A stretch of 64,000 bases of DNA from Candidatus Methanomethylophilaceae archaeon (GTDB lineage Archaea; Thermoplasmatota; Thermoplasmata; Methanomassiliicoccales; Methanomethylophilaceae): the NCBI GenBank assembly GCA_944320495.1, contig CALUHR010000003.1, positions 32,001-96,000 of the forward strand, in the 5' to 3' direction. The first letter of the stretch is position 1. Each line of letters opens with the position of its first letter. Both the position numbers and the translations under genes were made by a program. Below are positions 10,020 to 21,592 of the stretch, piece by piece. Below the pieces are notes generated by a model. The model ran no database searches and was not told where the DNA came from. It was given only the letters and a program-made list of their open reading frames with translations.

Positions 10020-11255
10020 ATGCTGGCAGTGGACGACCCGATCAACATGAAGAAGATCAAGGCATCCAGGCGCTCGATGGGTATGAACTACGCGATACGC
10101 GAGGTCACCGTCCCTGCCGCCGCCGCCAAAGCAGCGGGAGTGGATCTCCTTGATCTCAACATCGGGGACCCCAACAAGTGGGACTTCGAGACCCCCGAGT
10201 ACTTCAAGGCCACCCTCCGCGCGGCAGTGGACGAGACGGACAACGGGTACGGGGACTCCCAGGGCAACCTGGACCTCCGCGAGGCCATCGTCGACCGCGA
10301 GTACGAGAAGCACGGCATCCACATCACGTCCGGCGACGTCTACGTCACCGCAGGTGTCAGCGAGGCCATCAACGTTATGATGGGGACCCTCATCGAGCCG
10401 GGAGACGAGATCCTCGTCCCCGGGCCCGGCTACCCCTCGTACGCTCAGTACATCAACTTCTACGAGGGCCGTACCGTCCCCTACAGGCAGATCGAGGAGG
10501 AGGACTGGCGCCCCGACGTGGACATGATCAGGAAGAGGATCACCGACCGCACTAAGGCGATGATCATCATCAACCCGAACAACCCGACCGGCGCGGTCTA
10601 CGACGAGAAGACCATCCGTGAGATGGGCGACCTCGCCGCGGAGTTCGACATACCCCTGATCTCCGACGAGATCTACGACAAGATCGTCATGGAGGGCGAC
10701 TACTTCTCCGCGTCCCAGCTCCCCGACGACATACCCCGCGTGATCTTCAACGGGTTCTCCAAGGTCAACCTGATGCCCGGCTGGAGGATGGGCTACATGT
10801 ACTTCATGGACGAGAGGGGCCTGATGGACGAGGTCCGCGAGGGTCTCATGAAGCAGTTCCGTGCGAGGATCTGCCCCAACGTCCCCTGCCAGGCGGCAGC
10901 CCGCGCCTCCCTGCAGGGCCCCCAGGAGTACATCGCCGAGATGAACAGGAAGCTGAAGGAGAGGGCGGACTTCTCCTACAGGCGCCTCAACGAGATCGAC
11001 CGCATCTCCACCCGCCGTGTGAAGGGAGCGTTCTACATGTTCCCCAGCATCGACCTCAGGGACACCCCCTGGAGGACGGACAAGGACTTCGTCCTCGATC
11101 TGATCAGGGAGGAAGGCGTCGTCGTGGTGCACGGCTCCGGTTTCTGCTCGGAGTTCGGACAGGACCACTTCAGGACAATAACCCTGCCCCCGATGGAGAC
11201 GCTGGAGGAGGCCTACGACAGACTGGAGCGCTTCCTGAAGCATCACGCGTCCTGA
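10020..11255 (+). CDS. Class I/II PLP-dependent aminotransferase (alanine/aspartate type)
   Basis: LNIGDP, IINPNNPTG, ISDEIYD, GFSKVNLMPGWRMGY (PLP Lys); alternative start at 10047. Confidence 0.9.
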   Translation: MLAVDDPINMKKIKASRRSMGMNYAIREVTVPAAAAKAAGVDLLDLNIGDPNKWDFETPEYFKATLRAAVDETDNGYGDSQGNLDLREAIVDREYEKHGIHITSGDVYVTAGVSEAINVMMGTLIEPGDEILVPGPGYPSYAQYINFYEGRTVPYRQIEEEDWRPDVDMIRKRITDRTKAMIIINPNNPTGAVYDEKTIREMGDLAAEFDIPLISDEIYDKIVMEGDYFSASQLPDDIPRVIFNGFSKVNLMPGWRMGYMYFMDERGLMDEVREGLMKQFRARICPNVPCQAAARASLQGPQEYIAEMNRKLKERADFSYRRLNEIDRISTRRVKGAFYMFPSIDLRDTPWRTDKDFVLDLIREEGVVVVHGSGFCSEFGQDHFRTITLPPMETLEEAYDRLERFLKHHAS

Positions 11256-11326
11256 ACCGATATCTGAAAAAAATCCAGACGATGGCTGGAGACTGACCTC
11301 CGGCCATCGTCGAAACGGTTTCGTAC

Positions 11327-11898
11327 TCACGGCCGCTGCTCCGGCTCCCAGGGAAACTGGGGCCTGAGCAGGCATACCATCATCATCAGTGTCCCGGACC
11401 CGTTCATCCTGACGGACTGGAACCCGTATCCGGTGTAGTACTCCATCAGCTCCGGCTTGCAGTCTATGCGAACAACCGGGCATCCGATGATCGCGTTGGC
11501 CTCGCGGATGAGACCCATCGCATCGGCCATGAGCTGCTTCCCGAATCCTTTCTCCGAACCGTCGGCGCGTCCGAGCTGGCCTATCAGGTACGTCTGGGCC
11601 ACATCGGTCTCGGACTGCACGTTGAGGTGCTTGTACATGGATTTGGAGATCCGGGAGTCCTTCGGTACGATCCCGCAGCGCATGCTGAGGCTGAAGTATC
11701 CGAGATCGAGCCGCTCTCCGTATCCAGAGCCAGATAGACCCTGGCCAGTTCGCGCTTCTCATACGGGATAGCCGATCTGTGAAGGAAGTCCTCGAGGTCC
11801 TTATCCCTGGAGCATCTGAAGGAACTCAACCTCTTCCGAATGTCTTCCTCGGGATAGGACCTGATGAACTCGCTTAGGGGGAATATCCTGTATACCAC
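11327..11898 (-). pseudogene. GNAT-family acetyltransferase (type II toxin-like) with a 1-nt frameshift
   Basis: N-half SFRCSRDKDLEDFLHRSAI...ARVYL and C-half YLIGQLGR...GFGKQLM...RIDCKPELMEYY join if one C is restored near 11706 (ATC-CTC-GGA-TAC-TTC = ILGYF). Confidence 0.7.
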
Positions 11899-11907
11899 TA
11901 CTCTCCC

Positions 11908-12075
11908 TCAGCCCTTCATGAACTTGTCCATTATCGCGCGGTCGGTGCAGAGTTCGACCTTCCGGTAGGGGAGCACCTCATCGATCTCCCCGACACGCTC
12001 TATGGCCTTCTCCATGTTGGCGATGGCCTCGGGCGTGTCCAGGATCAGGTCCTCGTAATATGAACCCGTGGCCAT
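11908..12075 (-). CDS. Small 55-aa protein upstream of the GNAT gene (putative antitoxin)
   Basis: Hand translation MATGSYYEDLILDTPEAIANMEKAIERVGEIDEVLPYRKVELCTDRAIMDKFMKG; 9 nt from the GNAT GTG with a purine-rich RBS. Confidence 0.6.
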   Translation of the reverse strand: MATGSYYEDLILDTPEAIANMEKAIERVGEIDEVLPYRKVELCTDRAIMDKFMKG

Positions 12076-12163
12076 TTCGAATCACCGGTAAATCGTTGGT
12101 CGACATCCCTTATAAAAGATCGGCATGCGCCAACCCTGCGGACGGATGTCGTTCCCGTGGGGA

Positions 12164-13978
12164 TCAGTGGCCCTCGTCCTGATCGTCGGCGTCCATGGCC
12201 TGCCTCTCCAGCCTGTTCTGGCGGTACTTCTTGACGTACACGGAGAGGATCACGAGGGCCGCCGCGGCCACGACCACGGCATAGTACCACAGCTCGACGT
12301 TGACGGCGTTGGGCACGATGAGGATGATCAGGAAGTCGATCAGCAGGATCAGCAGATACGTGTTTATGTCCAGCAGCCTGAGGAACCTGTCGTAGACCGC
12401 GGACGGGTTGCTATCCGAGCCCTCCCTGTTGGCGATGCGCTTGGCCCCGCCGATGATGATCTCGTCCAGGAACTTCACGTTGTTGATCATGTAGTACGTG
12501 GGGATCGTCAGGAGCAGGAAGTTCACTCCGAGGATGATCAGGACCCAGCCGGCCTGGCTCCCTCCGAACGCGGTCAGCAGCCAGTCGCAGAGCGGCGGGA
12601 GCAGGAAGTAGAACGCTATCTCGATGACCGCGATGACCAGGATGTTGATGTACGCATGGGTCATGCTGCGGTAGACGGCCTTCTGGGACTTCTTCGAGGA
12701 CGCGGAGAGGCGGTCGTAGGTCCTGGACCTGGCGTCGTTGAGGGAGCAGCATGCGGCGTAGACCTTGCGGGGGCATCTGTCCACAGCCTTGTCCCACAGG
12801 GCGCCGGAGTAGCGGGCAGCTATAGGCAGGACGATCATGGACATGAGCGCGGCGCCGATGACAGAGGTGTAGAACGAATCGCCGACGACGCCGCTGGACA
12901 GCGCCTCGGCGGCGATGATGAAGGCGAACTCTCCCATGGCGCACAGACTGGTGGCCGACAGGAACCCGTTCTTGCAGCTCTCGTTACCGATCCAGTAGGC
13001 GAGGAAGACGGTGGCGCTCTTCAGGACGAAGAACAGCAGGAAGAAGATCAGGATCGTGCTGAAGTTGTCCACGAGGATGGACGCGGGGAACACCTCCGCA
13101 CCCACGCTGATGAAGAACACGGCCATGAAAAGGTCGCGCATAGGCTCGATCTTGTGATTGATGTCCTTGGCCTTCCTGCTGCTGGCGACCATCATTCCCA
13201 TCAGGAAGGCGCCGATGGCCATGGACAGACCGGCGTACATCGAGAGAAGGGCCATTCCGAAAGCGAGTCCCACGGACGTCACGGTTAGGATCTCGTCGGA
13301 CACGTTGTCGGAGATCCAGTTGATGACCTTCGGGACTATCCTCAGACCGATCACGATGCTGATGATCATGAACGCGAGGATCTTGACGATCAGGACGATG
13401 ATCTCGTTGATGTCCATCCCGCCCATCCCTCCGGCGGCGTAGTTCGCCATCAGCGGCGTGATCATGGACAGGATGATGACCTGGCCTATGTCCTCCATGA
13501 TGGTGATGAGGACGAGCATCTCGATGTGCTCCTTGTCCAGCTTACCCTGGGACTTGAGGACCCCCATGACGACGGCCGTGGACGAACCGGAGATGATGGC
13601 GCCGAGAACGATGGACTGGGTCATGTCGTAGCCGAGGAGCGAGCCTGCGATGAAACCGCCAAGGACCATCAGGGGCAGCTGGATCACTGCCACCAGAATG
13701 GCGAAGGACCCCTGCTTGCGGATCTTCTTGATGTTGATCTCCAGTCCTATGCAGAACATAAGCAGTATCAAGCCGAAGTCCTTCAGCAGCGAGATGATCT
13801 CTTCTTCGGCGAGGATCGTCTCCTCGTCCTGATGGATGAACATCACATTGACGAGGACGATACCGGCGATAATGTAGCCGATGAGGGGCGGGAGCTTGAG
13901 CTTGTTGAAGATGATGGAACAGACTGCGGCCAACAGCGTGAAAAGCGCCAATGCCGTGACCATCACTATCTCTTCCAT
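12164..13978 (-). CDS. CPA2/Kef-type cation:proton antiporter
   Basis: LPPLIGYIIAG, LMFCIGLE, SSTAVV, IMEDI, GAFLMG, FFISVG, GEFAFII. Confidence 0.88.
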   Translation of the reverse strand: MEEIVMVTALALFTLLAAVCSIIFNKLKLPPLIGYIIAGIVLVNVMFIHQDEETILAEEEIISLLKDFGLILLMFCIGLEINIKKIRKQGSFAILVAVIQLPLMVLGGFIAGSLLGYDMTQSIVLGAIISGSSTAVVMGVLKSQGKLDKEHIEMLVLITIMEDIGQVIILSMITPLMANYAAGGMGGMDINEIIVLIVKILAFMIISIVIGLRIVPKVINWISDNVSDEILTVTSVGLAFGMALLSMYAGLSMAIGAFLMGMMVASSRKAKDINHKIEPMRDLFMAVFFISVGAEVFPASILVDNFSTILIFFLLFFVLKSATVFLAYWIGNESCKNGFLSATSLCAMGEFAFIIAAEALSSGVVGDSFYTSVIGAALMSMIVLPIAARYSGALWDKAVDRCPRKVYAACCSLNDARSRTYDRLSASSKKSQKAVYRSMTHAYINILVIAVIEIAFYFLLPPLCDWLLTAFGGSQAGWVLIILGVNFLLLTIPTYYMINNVKFLDEIIIGGAKRIANREGSDSNPSAVYDRFLRLLDINTYLLILLIDFLIILIVPNAVNVELWYYAVVVAAAALVILSVYVKKYRQNRLERQAMDADDQDEGH

Positions 13979-14108
13979 CTTCCACCCGCGAATGCGATGC
14001 ATTGCTACGATTTATAATGTACATCTGTGACCACCGGGACAATGGGAATATCTCCACCAGCCGGTTTTATCTATTAAATATTGGATGTATAATCCAATAG
14101 GTGTGCTG

Positions 14109-14504
14109 ATGGCCCCAGACGATCCAAGGAAGAAGGTTTGCCTGCGCTGCGGTCACGGATGGATCAGCCATGTCGAGACCCCTGCCAGGTGCCCGTCCTG
14201 CGGTTCGTACCGCTGGAAAGACGAACCGCGGGAGAACCTCTGTCCGGTCTGCGGCCACATGTGGCGCTCGCGCTCCGAGGGCTCCGGAAAGAGATGCCCC
14301 GCCTGCAGAGCGCGTCCGAGAGCATCATCAGATCATGATGGAGGGCACTGCGTGGAAGCGGTCGATAGCAAGAAGGAGGAGATAGTCGGCAGATACCTCA
14401 AGGGCGAGGGATGTGTCAAGATATCCATGGACACAGGACTGTCCGTCGACACCGTGATGAGAACTTTGAAAGGGGTTTCCGACGGCGGGCGCCTGAGGAT
14501 GCGA
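14109..14504 (+). CDS. Double zinc-ribbon plus HTH-like protein (131 aa)
   Basis: CLRCGHGW, RCPSCGS, CPVCGHMW, RCPAC, then a helical segment. Ends GGRLRM-CGA (14502-14504); the standard code overlaps ribH. Confidence 0.65.
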
Positions 14505-14520
14505 CGCCCGCCGAAGGCGA

Positions 14521-14931
14521 TCACTCCAGCCTCTGGAGCATCTTGACGACCGCGTCGACGACCTCGCGGCCCTTCTCGATGCGGTCCATCGCCTGGAGCT
14601 CGGTCATGCCGGGGCCAGTGACTCCGAACCCGACGGGCTTGTTGTACTCGAGACCGAGGTCCATGATCTTACGGGACGCCTGGGCGACGACGACCTCGTC
14701 GTGCTTGGTCTCGCCGGTGATGACCGCGCCGAGTGTGATGACGGCATCGATGTCGTCCTTCTCGAGCATGTTCTTGACAGCCATGGGGATCTCGAATACC
14801 CCGGGGACCAGGATGGTCTTTGCAATCTTCACTCCGAGGAACTCGGCCTCCGCCTTCGCCCTCTCGATCATGAGGGATGTGACCTCGAAGTTGAACTCCG
14901 CTGCGACCATCCCGATCTTGTACTCCTTCAT
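14521..14931 (-). CDS. ribH: 6,7-dimethyl-8-ribityllumazine synthase
   Basis: VAAEFN, VPGVFEIP, LGAVITGETKHD, KPVGFGV. Confidence 0.93.
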   Translation of the reverse strand: MKEYKIGMVAAEFNFEVTSLMIERAKAEAEFLGVKIAKTILVPGVFEIPMAVKNMLEKDDIDAVITLGAVITGETKHDEVVVAQASRKIMDLGLEYNKPVGFGVTGPGMTELQAMDRIEKGREVVDAVVKMLQRLE

Positions 14932-14935
14932 CTCG

Positions 14936-16532
<1,597 letters not shown>

Positions 16533-16797
16533 CCTGTGGGTGTATCCGTAACGCCGTCATAACCGAAAGCGACATACCAGATACATGGTAGATGGTAAGG
16601 CGGATTGTAGCCCCGCCTTCGAGGATGTGGTGTGAGAAACGGGGAGGAACGCCACCCTAGCGATAGGAGGGAAACGTGACGGATGCAGGATGGCGTTTCC
16701 CCCGCCTCGGGCGCCGGATGCCGCCCTCGGCGGGGAAGGGGAGGGCCGGGTGTGTCGTCCCGGCGGTCCCCGTGGTTTCGCTCTGGTCCCTGGGGAC

Positions 16798-18186
16798 TCA
16801 GTGCTTGATGTCGAGACCGGCGTCCCTGAGGGTGGCGACGGCCTTGTCGTAGATGTCCAGGTACTCCTGGGTCGGCTTGACGGTCTTGACGTCGTAGCAC
16901 TCCTGGAAGGTCTTGCCGGCCGGAGCGTCGGTGAAGTGGGCCTCGTAGGCGGGCACGATCTTGTTCAGGATCTCGTTGACGTCGGAGATCTTCATTCCGC
17001 AGGTGGCCACGGCGGCGTTGCCCATGATCCTGGCCTCCATTCCGGTGGTCTTGTCCTGGACGACTCCCTTGGCGGCGGCGGATCCGGAGAGGAGCTCCCT
17101 TCCGGAGGCGGTGTCGGTGATCGCCTGGGCGGCGGTCTCCAGCAGGCACATCTCGGTGCAGGGTCCTGCCATCGGGTAGTACTGGTTGGCCAGGAGCAGG
17201 TCGGTGTTGGCGTCGACGGCTGCGGCTGCCCAAGCGGCGACCTGGAGGGTCTCTCTCGCAGTGGTGACTCCCCACCTGATGTGGATGGGTCCGTCCAGGT
17301 GGAAGTTTCCGCTGAAGCAGGCGAAGGATCCGAGGGTGGTGGCGACGTCGCAGATGGCGGTCTCCTCGACGCCTCCGGTGTATCCACCGAAGATGGGCAT
17401 CTGCTCGATCATGATCATGTCGCCGACGGTGGTCCATCCGGCCAGCATGTTCAGTCCGGTCATGTCGATCTTCAGCTCGTTGAGCTGGGAGCACTCGTGC
17501 GCGTCGGTGATCCTGTGTCCCGCGTTGGGGAGATCGGCGCAGAGACGTCCGGCCTCGGACAGAGGCGTCTCGGGTCCCTAAACACCCATGCCGGGCCTGG
17601 CTGCCCTAACACGGGCCTCCTTGACGGCCCTGAGCTCGGCCATGGTCGCACGGATCTCGTAGGGGGTCTTGGTCTTAGCCGGGTGGCCCTCGATCGTGGT
17701 CATGACTCCGTTGACGAGGGTGTCGACGACTCCCTCCTGGGCGTAGGACTGCATGACCTGCACGAAGACGTCCTCGGAGATCGGGGATCCGGTGGGTCCT
17801 CCCTGGATGATCGGCTTGACGTTGCTGTTGCCGTGCCTGGGGTAGAACCTGGCGATGTCTTTTCCCTCTCCGTAGATCATCTTGGTCGGGGTCTTCTTGA
17901 TTCCCTCCCAGACCTCCTCCTCGGTGACGTGCATGACACGGCCGAGGTCCTGGTTGTAGTAACCGACGGTGACCAGCATCTCAAGTCCGGCCTGGAAGAG
18001 CCTGTTGACCATGTCCTTGTCCTCGGGGACGATCTCCTTCGGGTCGAACTTGATGTTGTACTTCTCTTTGAGAGCGGTGAGGTTCTCGGGGGTGATCTTG
18101 TAGTCCCAGTCCTCCACCTTGACTTTCTTTCCCTTCACGAACCTGTCGTAGACGTCGGGGATGGTGAGTGCCCTTGTTGCTGCCAT
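16798..18186 (-). CDS. mtmB: Monomethylamine methyltransferase MtmB (copy 1), Pyl-containing, 462 aa
   Basis: Two track ORFs join through an in-frame TAG at 17580-17578: RPGMGV-O-GPETPLS, matching the MtmB Pyl context; HECSQLNELKID, EQMPIFGGY, NQYY. Confidence 0.95.
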
Positions 18187-18223
18187 TTCTTTTCCTCCTT
18201 AGTAGTTCCTATGGCGTTTTGCT

Positions 18224-18862
18224 TCAGGCTCCGACAAGCTTGTCGACGAGTCCGATGATCTCGTTCGCGGTCTCGGAGTATCCGTCGGCTCCGATCTGGT
18301 CGCACCACTCCTGGCTGCAGGGGGCTCCTCCGAAGATGCACTTGTAGGGGGCCTCCGCCTCGTTCTTGGCCTCGACGAGCTCCCTCTGGGACTCGAGGGT
18401 GGTGGTCATGAGAGCGGATCCTCCGATGACCTGCGCCTCGTTCTCGTCGGCGGCGTCGAGGAAGTCCTGGGCGGTCACGTCGGGTCCGAGGTCGATGACC
18501 TTGTATCCGGCACCGCGGAGCATGGCGCAGCAGACGTTCTTTCCGATCTCGTGGATGTCTCCCTCGACGGTTCCCATGATGACGCATCCCTTGAGGGATC
18601 CGGCACCGGCGGTCATGAGGGGCTCGAGGATTTTGAGGGCCATCTCCATGGTCTTGGATGCGGCGACGACCTGCGGGAGGAAGATCTCGGCCTTGTCGAA
18701 CCTGTCGCCGATGACTTCCATTCCCTTTCCGAGTCCGTCTCCGATGATCTCTGCGACGGAGATGTTGGCGTCGATGGCCTTCTGGGTGGCCTCCTGGACG
18801 AGCTTTATGTCCCAGGTCTCGACAGACTTCTTCAGATCTGCAAGGATCTCCTCTTTGCTCAT
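18224..18862 (-). CDS. mtmC: Monomethylamine corrinoid protein MtmC (copy 1)
   Basis: GTVEGDIHEIGKN B12-binding DxHxxG motif, SALMTTT, FGGAP; directly upstream of mtmB. Confidence 0.92.
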   Translation of the reverse strand: MSKEEILADLKKSVETWDIKLVQEATQKAIDANISVAEIIGDGLGKGMEVIGDRFDKAEIFLPQVVAASKTMEMALKILEPLMTAGAGSLKGCVIMGTVEGDIHEIGKNVCCAMLRGAGYKVIDLGPDVTAQDFLDAADENEAQVIGGSALMTTTLESQRELVEAKNEAEAPYKCIFGGAPCSQEWCDQIGADGYSETANEIIGLVDKLVGA

Positions 18863-19235
18863 TTCTTGTTCCTCCTTTTTTTCTGACCGGAGTCAGAGGC
18901 TCTTACGAGCTTGTATAATGAATCTGAGGGGTCACTATTTAATGTTTACTGTTATCCGATTTGTATTATATTTAAACTTTATGTTTTTTGAAAAAGTGTG
19001 TAGAGTATGCTATTTCAATATTTCGACCAAGAGGAGGCAATTGGATATTATTTGAATCCATTAAACAGATTGTTTTAAATATTAGTCTCATAAAACATCC
19101 ATTTGTCATCCATCCAACACATAAAGGTACATCTCCGGAAGAGAAGATAGGACTGAAGGGATCCTCCCCCGACGGGAGAAAGGAGTCGAAGAAAACGGGG
19201 GAGGATGCGGCGGGGTTCCCCCCGCCAGTGGTTTC

Positions 19236-20447
19236 TCAGGCTTCCGCAGGAGAGGCGGCTGGAGCCTCCTCGGGAAGGTCCTTGGGAGCCTCGGTCTTCA
19301 CGAAGTCGAAGTCATCGTCGCATATGACCATGGATCCGCGGGTCGCCCTGACGACGAGTCCGATGACGAATCCGGTGACCATCACGATGACGAAGACGAT
19401 GATCGCGATGACGAAGGTGGACACGCTGCCGACGATGACGGACACGAAGATGGCACCCATCCATCCGCCGACTCCGTGCAGGTTGTGGACGCCCATCATG
19501 TCCATGACCCCGATCTTCTTGGTGAACCAGGGCTGGAGATAGACGAAGCACAGGGTTGAGACGGCACCGGCGATGAGTCCGATGAGGAGTCCTCCCCAGG
19601 GTCCGACGGAGAGCAGCGGGGCTCCGATGGCGACGGGTCCGCAGAGCATGGCATAGGTGAACACCAGGCAGTTGATCTTGCCCAGCATGGAGCTCACGAA
19701 GTACGTGCTCAGCAGGGATCCGATTCCGGCCATGTAGCAGGTGATGGTCCCGGTGGTGACGCTCTCGAGCGGGAGCAGGGAGCACACGAAGGAGGGCCAG
19801 AGCATCCACAGGAGCATGGACGCGAGCCAGACGAACGTGACGCTGTGGGTGGTCGTGTACATGGGCTCGTCGAACGCCGTCTTGTCACGGATACCGAGGG
19901 CGACGCCGATACCGAAGTAGGCGGCGCACAGGTGGACGAGGACGGATCCTCCGGGGTCGGTGGCGAGGGTGCCGAAGATCTCGACGTTGCCGATGATGTA
20001 CTCCACGAGGCAGTAGACGAAGCCGAAGGCCACGCCGATGAGCAGGTACTGCCACATCTTGCAGGTTCCGAGGAACACCCCGATCGCGATGACGAGGGTG
20101 ATGGCGCAGATGACCGCCCTGATCAGCAGGGCCTGGTCCCACACGGTGTAATCGAAGACGAACTGCTGGAGCGCCAGGTAGATCACGAAGCTCGCAGCGG
20201 CGGATAGCAGGGTGGCGAGACAGACGCCCCACTCGAACTTCCTGATGAAGATCATCAGGAATGCGACAAGCATGAGCATGAACCACACGTCAAGGTTCTT
20301 GCTGAACTGATACTGCTCCTGCGGGTTGGAACCATCGGAGATGCTCACGAAGGAGAATCCCCCAGTGAACTCGCCATAGAACAGCACAGCCACGATGATT
20401 ATCGCGATGATGAGCACTGCCAGCATCGCGGACTGTTTCTTTTCCAT
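19236..20447 (-). CDS. Ammonium transporter, Rh (Rh50)-like subtype of the Amt/Mep/Rh family
   Basis: DPGGSVLVHLCAAYFG, LLWMLWPSF and GVHNLHG resemble Rh-type motifs; about 11-12 TM segments; 403 aa. Confidence 0.8.
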   Translation of the reverse strand: MEKKQSAMLAVLIIAIIIVAVLFYGEFTGGFSFVSISDGSNPQEQYQFSKNLDVWFMLMLVAFLMIFIRKFEWGVCLATLLSAAASFVIYLALQQFVFDYTVWDQALLIRAVICAITLVIAIGVFLGTCKMWQYLLIGVAFGFVYCLVEYIIGNVEIFGTLATDPGGSVLVHLCAAYFGIGVALGIRDKTAFDEPMYTTTHSVTFVWLASMLLWMLWPSFVCSLLPLESVTTGTITCYMAGIGSLLSTYFVSSMLGKINCLVFTYAMLCGPVAIGAPLLSVGPWGGLLIGLIAGAVSTLCFVYLQPWFTKKIGVMDMMGVHNLHGVGGWMGAIFVSVIVGSVSTFVIAIIVFVIVMVTGFVIGLVVRATRGSMVICDDDFDFVKTEAPKDLPEEAPAASPAEA

Positions 20448-20700
20448 TTTCGAATCCCCTATCTTCTGTTGCTTTCGACCCTATCGGGTCCTGATTAGGG
20501 GAAACATCCGGCACGGCGGTCCTTCCGCCGATTTCCCTGGAGACTCGCCGCGCACCGGATTTCAAATCCTCGGCCCGGTCGGTCGTAGGGGGCTCGACAC
20601 ACAGCCCGAAGGCCATACCCCGTTCCGCCCTAGCGGGCTGCGGTCCGTCTCCTCGCCTCATGGAAAGGCTGAGGAACAAATCTCATCCATCGGTATAAAA
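20448..20700 (-). promoter_or_regulatory. TATA-like element plus long structured 5' leader of the Rh/Amt gene
   Basis: Minus-strand TTTTTTATA near 20700; hairpins GACCC/GGGTC (20477-20490) and CGGCGG/CCGCCG; a TCCCCTA/TAGGGGA pair (20455-61 and 20496-502) covers the RBS. Confidence 0.4.
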
Positions 20701-21592
20701 AACTGATGCATAGGACCACGTGGGGGACTGCCAGCTATTTCAACCTTGTTTGGATGGATGGACCCATACGGATGCGGAATCGGTCCATTGCCGGGATTGG
20801 AATGGACGTTCACCGGAGCCATATGCGTCGGACCTCGGTAATTGAGGTCCACCGGCACATCGTGCTACCAGGAGAACCTCATCGCACGTCGGAGCATGGA
20901 GAACGCGACCTTCGCCAGCGCCTCCGTTTCGCTCTCGACCTGCGTCGTCCATTCGAGCGTCCAGTCGTCAGACAGGCTCTCGGGAGACCCATCCGGGGAT
21001 CGCAACCTCTTCCGCGTCCCAGCGTTCCTGTCGATCTCCCTCGGCTCGCCCCCGGGGACGCGCACGGTCCCGAGCCTCGCATCTTCCCGTAGGGTTCGGA
21101 GGCGTCCTTCATGAATCCGAGTGGCGGCGGGAGCCACCAGGTCACGCAGCTCGGCAGCGTCATGACCTCCCCTGGTCCCCGCACAGCCTGTCCATCAGCT
21201 GTTCTTCGCAATCCCTCCGATCTCCCCGCACCCCGGGAGGCACTGAATCATCGCAGAGGCTGCACGCGGTCACCATCAGCATGGCGCCGTAGCCGTATCA
21301 GTAGGGCCAGCCCGTATGGCGCGGGCATCCGTCGTCGTTCCATGTCCCGTGGGTCACGCCGACGTCCCTCCCGGGGGATCCGAGGATGTGGCACGTCCAC
21401 CCCTCGGCGAGCCTGCGAATGGTGGTCCCCCGATCGTGGCAATGACATCTGGTCAGGGTCCCCGCGTAGATGCCAGGCCCCATGCCGATCGGTCTCCTTT
21501 CCGATGACGTCCGTTCCGACGTTTTCAACGCCGCGGATCGGGATGACCGTGCCCCATAACCTGTTATAAGGACCGGTCCGATACCGCATCCG

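Noticed and set aside
11690-11720. Programmed frameshifting at the GNAT and wHTH frameshifts
   Set aside because: No slippery heptamer; both look like single-base losses in short homopolymers (mutation or sequencing error). Such indels do not explain stop-specific CGA, but they are a reason to verify raw reads.
16533-16790. FMN riboswitch upstream of the rib operon
   Set aside because: Conserved RFN core sequences were not found.
17520-17577. PYLIS-like hairpins after the Pyl codons (GAGACG/CGTCTC in mtmB1; CCTCTCC/GGGGAGG in mtmB2)
   Set aside because: Stems differ in position and sequence between copies, hairpins are expected at this GC content, and a PYLIS requirement is not established.
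16690-18258. Numerous long antisense or alternative-frame ORFs in the track (for example 16690-18258, 21248-22861, 36304-39459, 51884-53932)
   Set aside because: Shadow ORFs typical of high-GC coding DNA, with no family motifs, fully overlapping well-supported genes.
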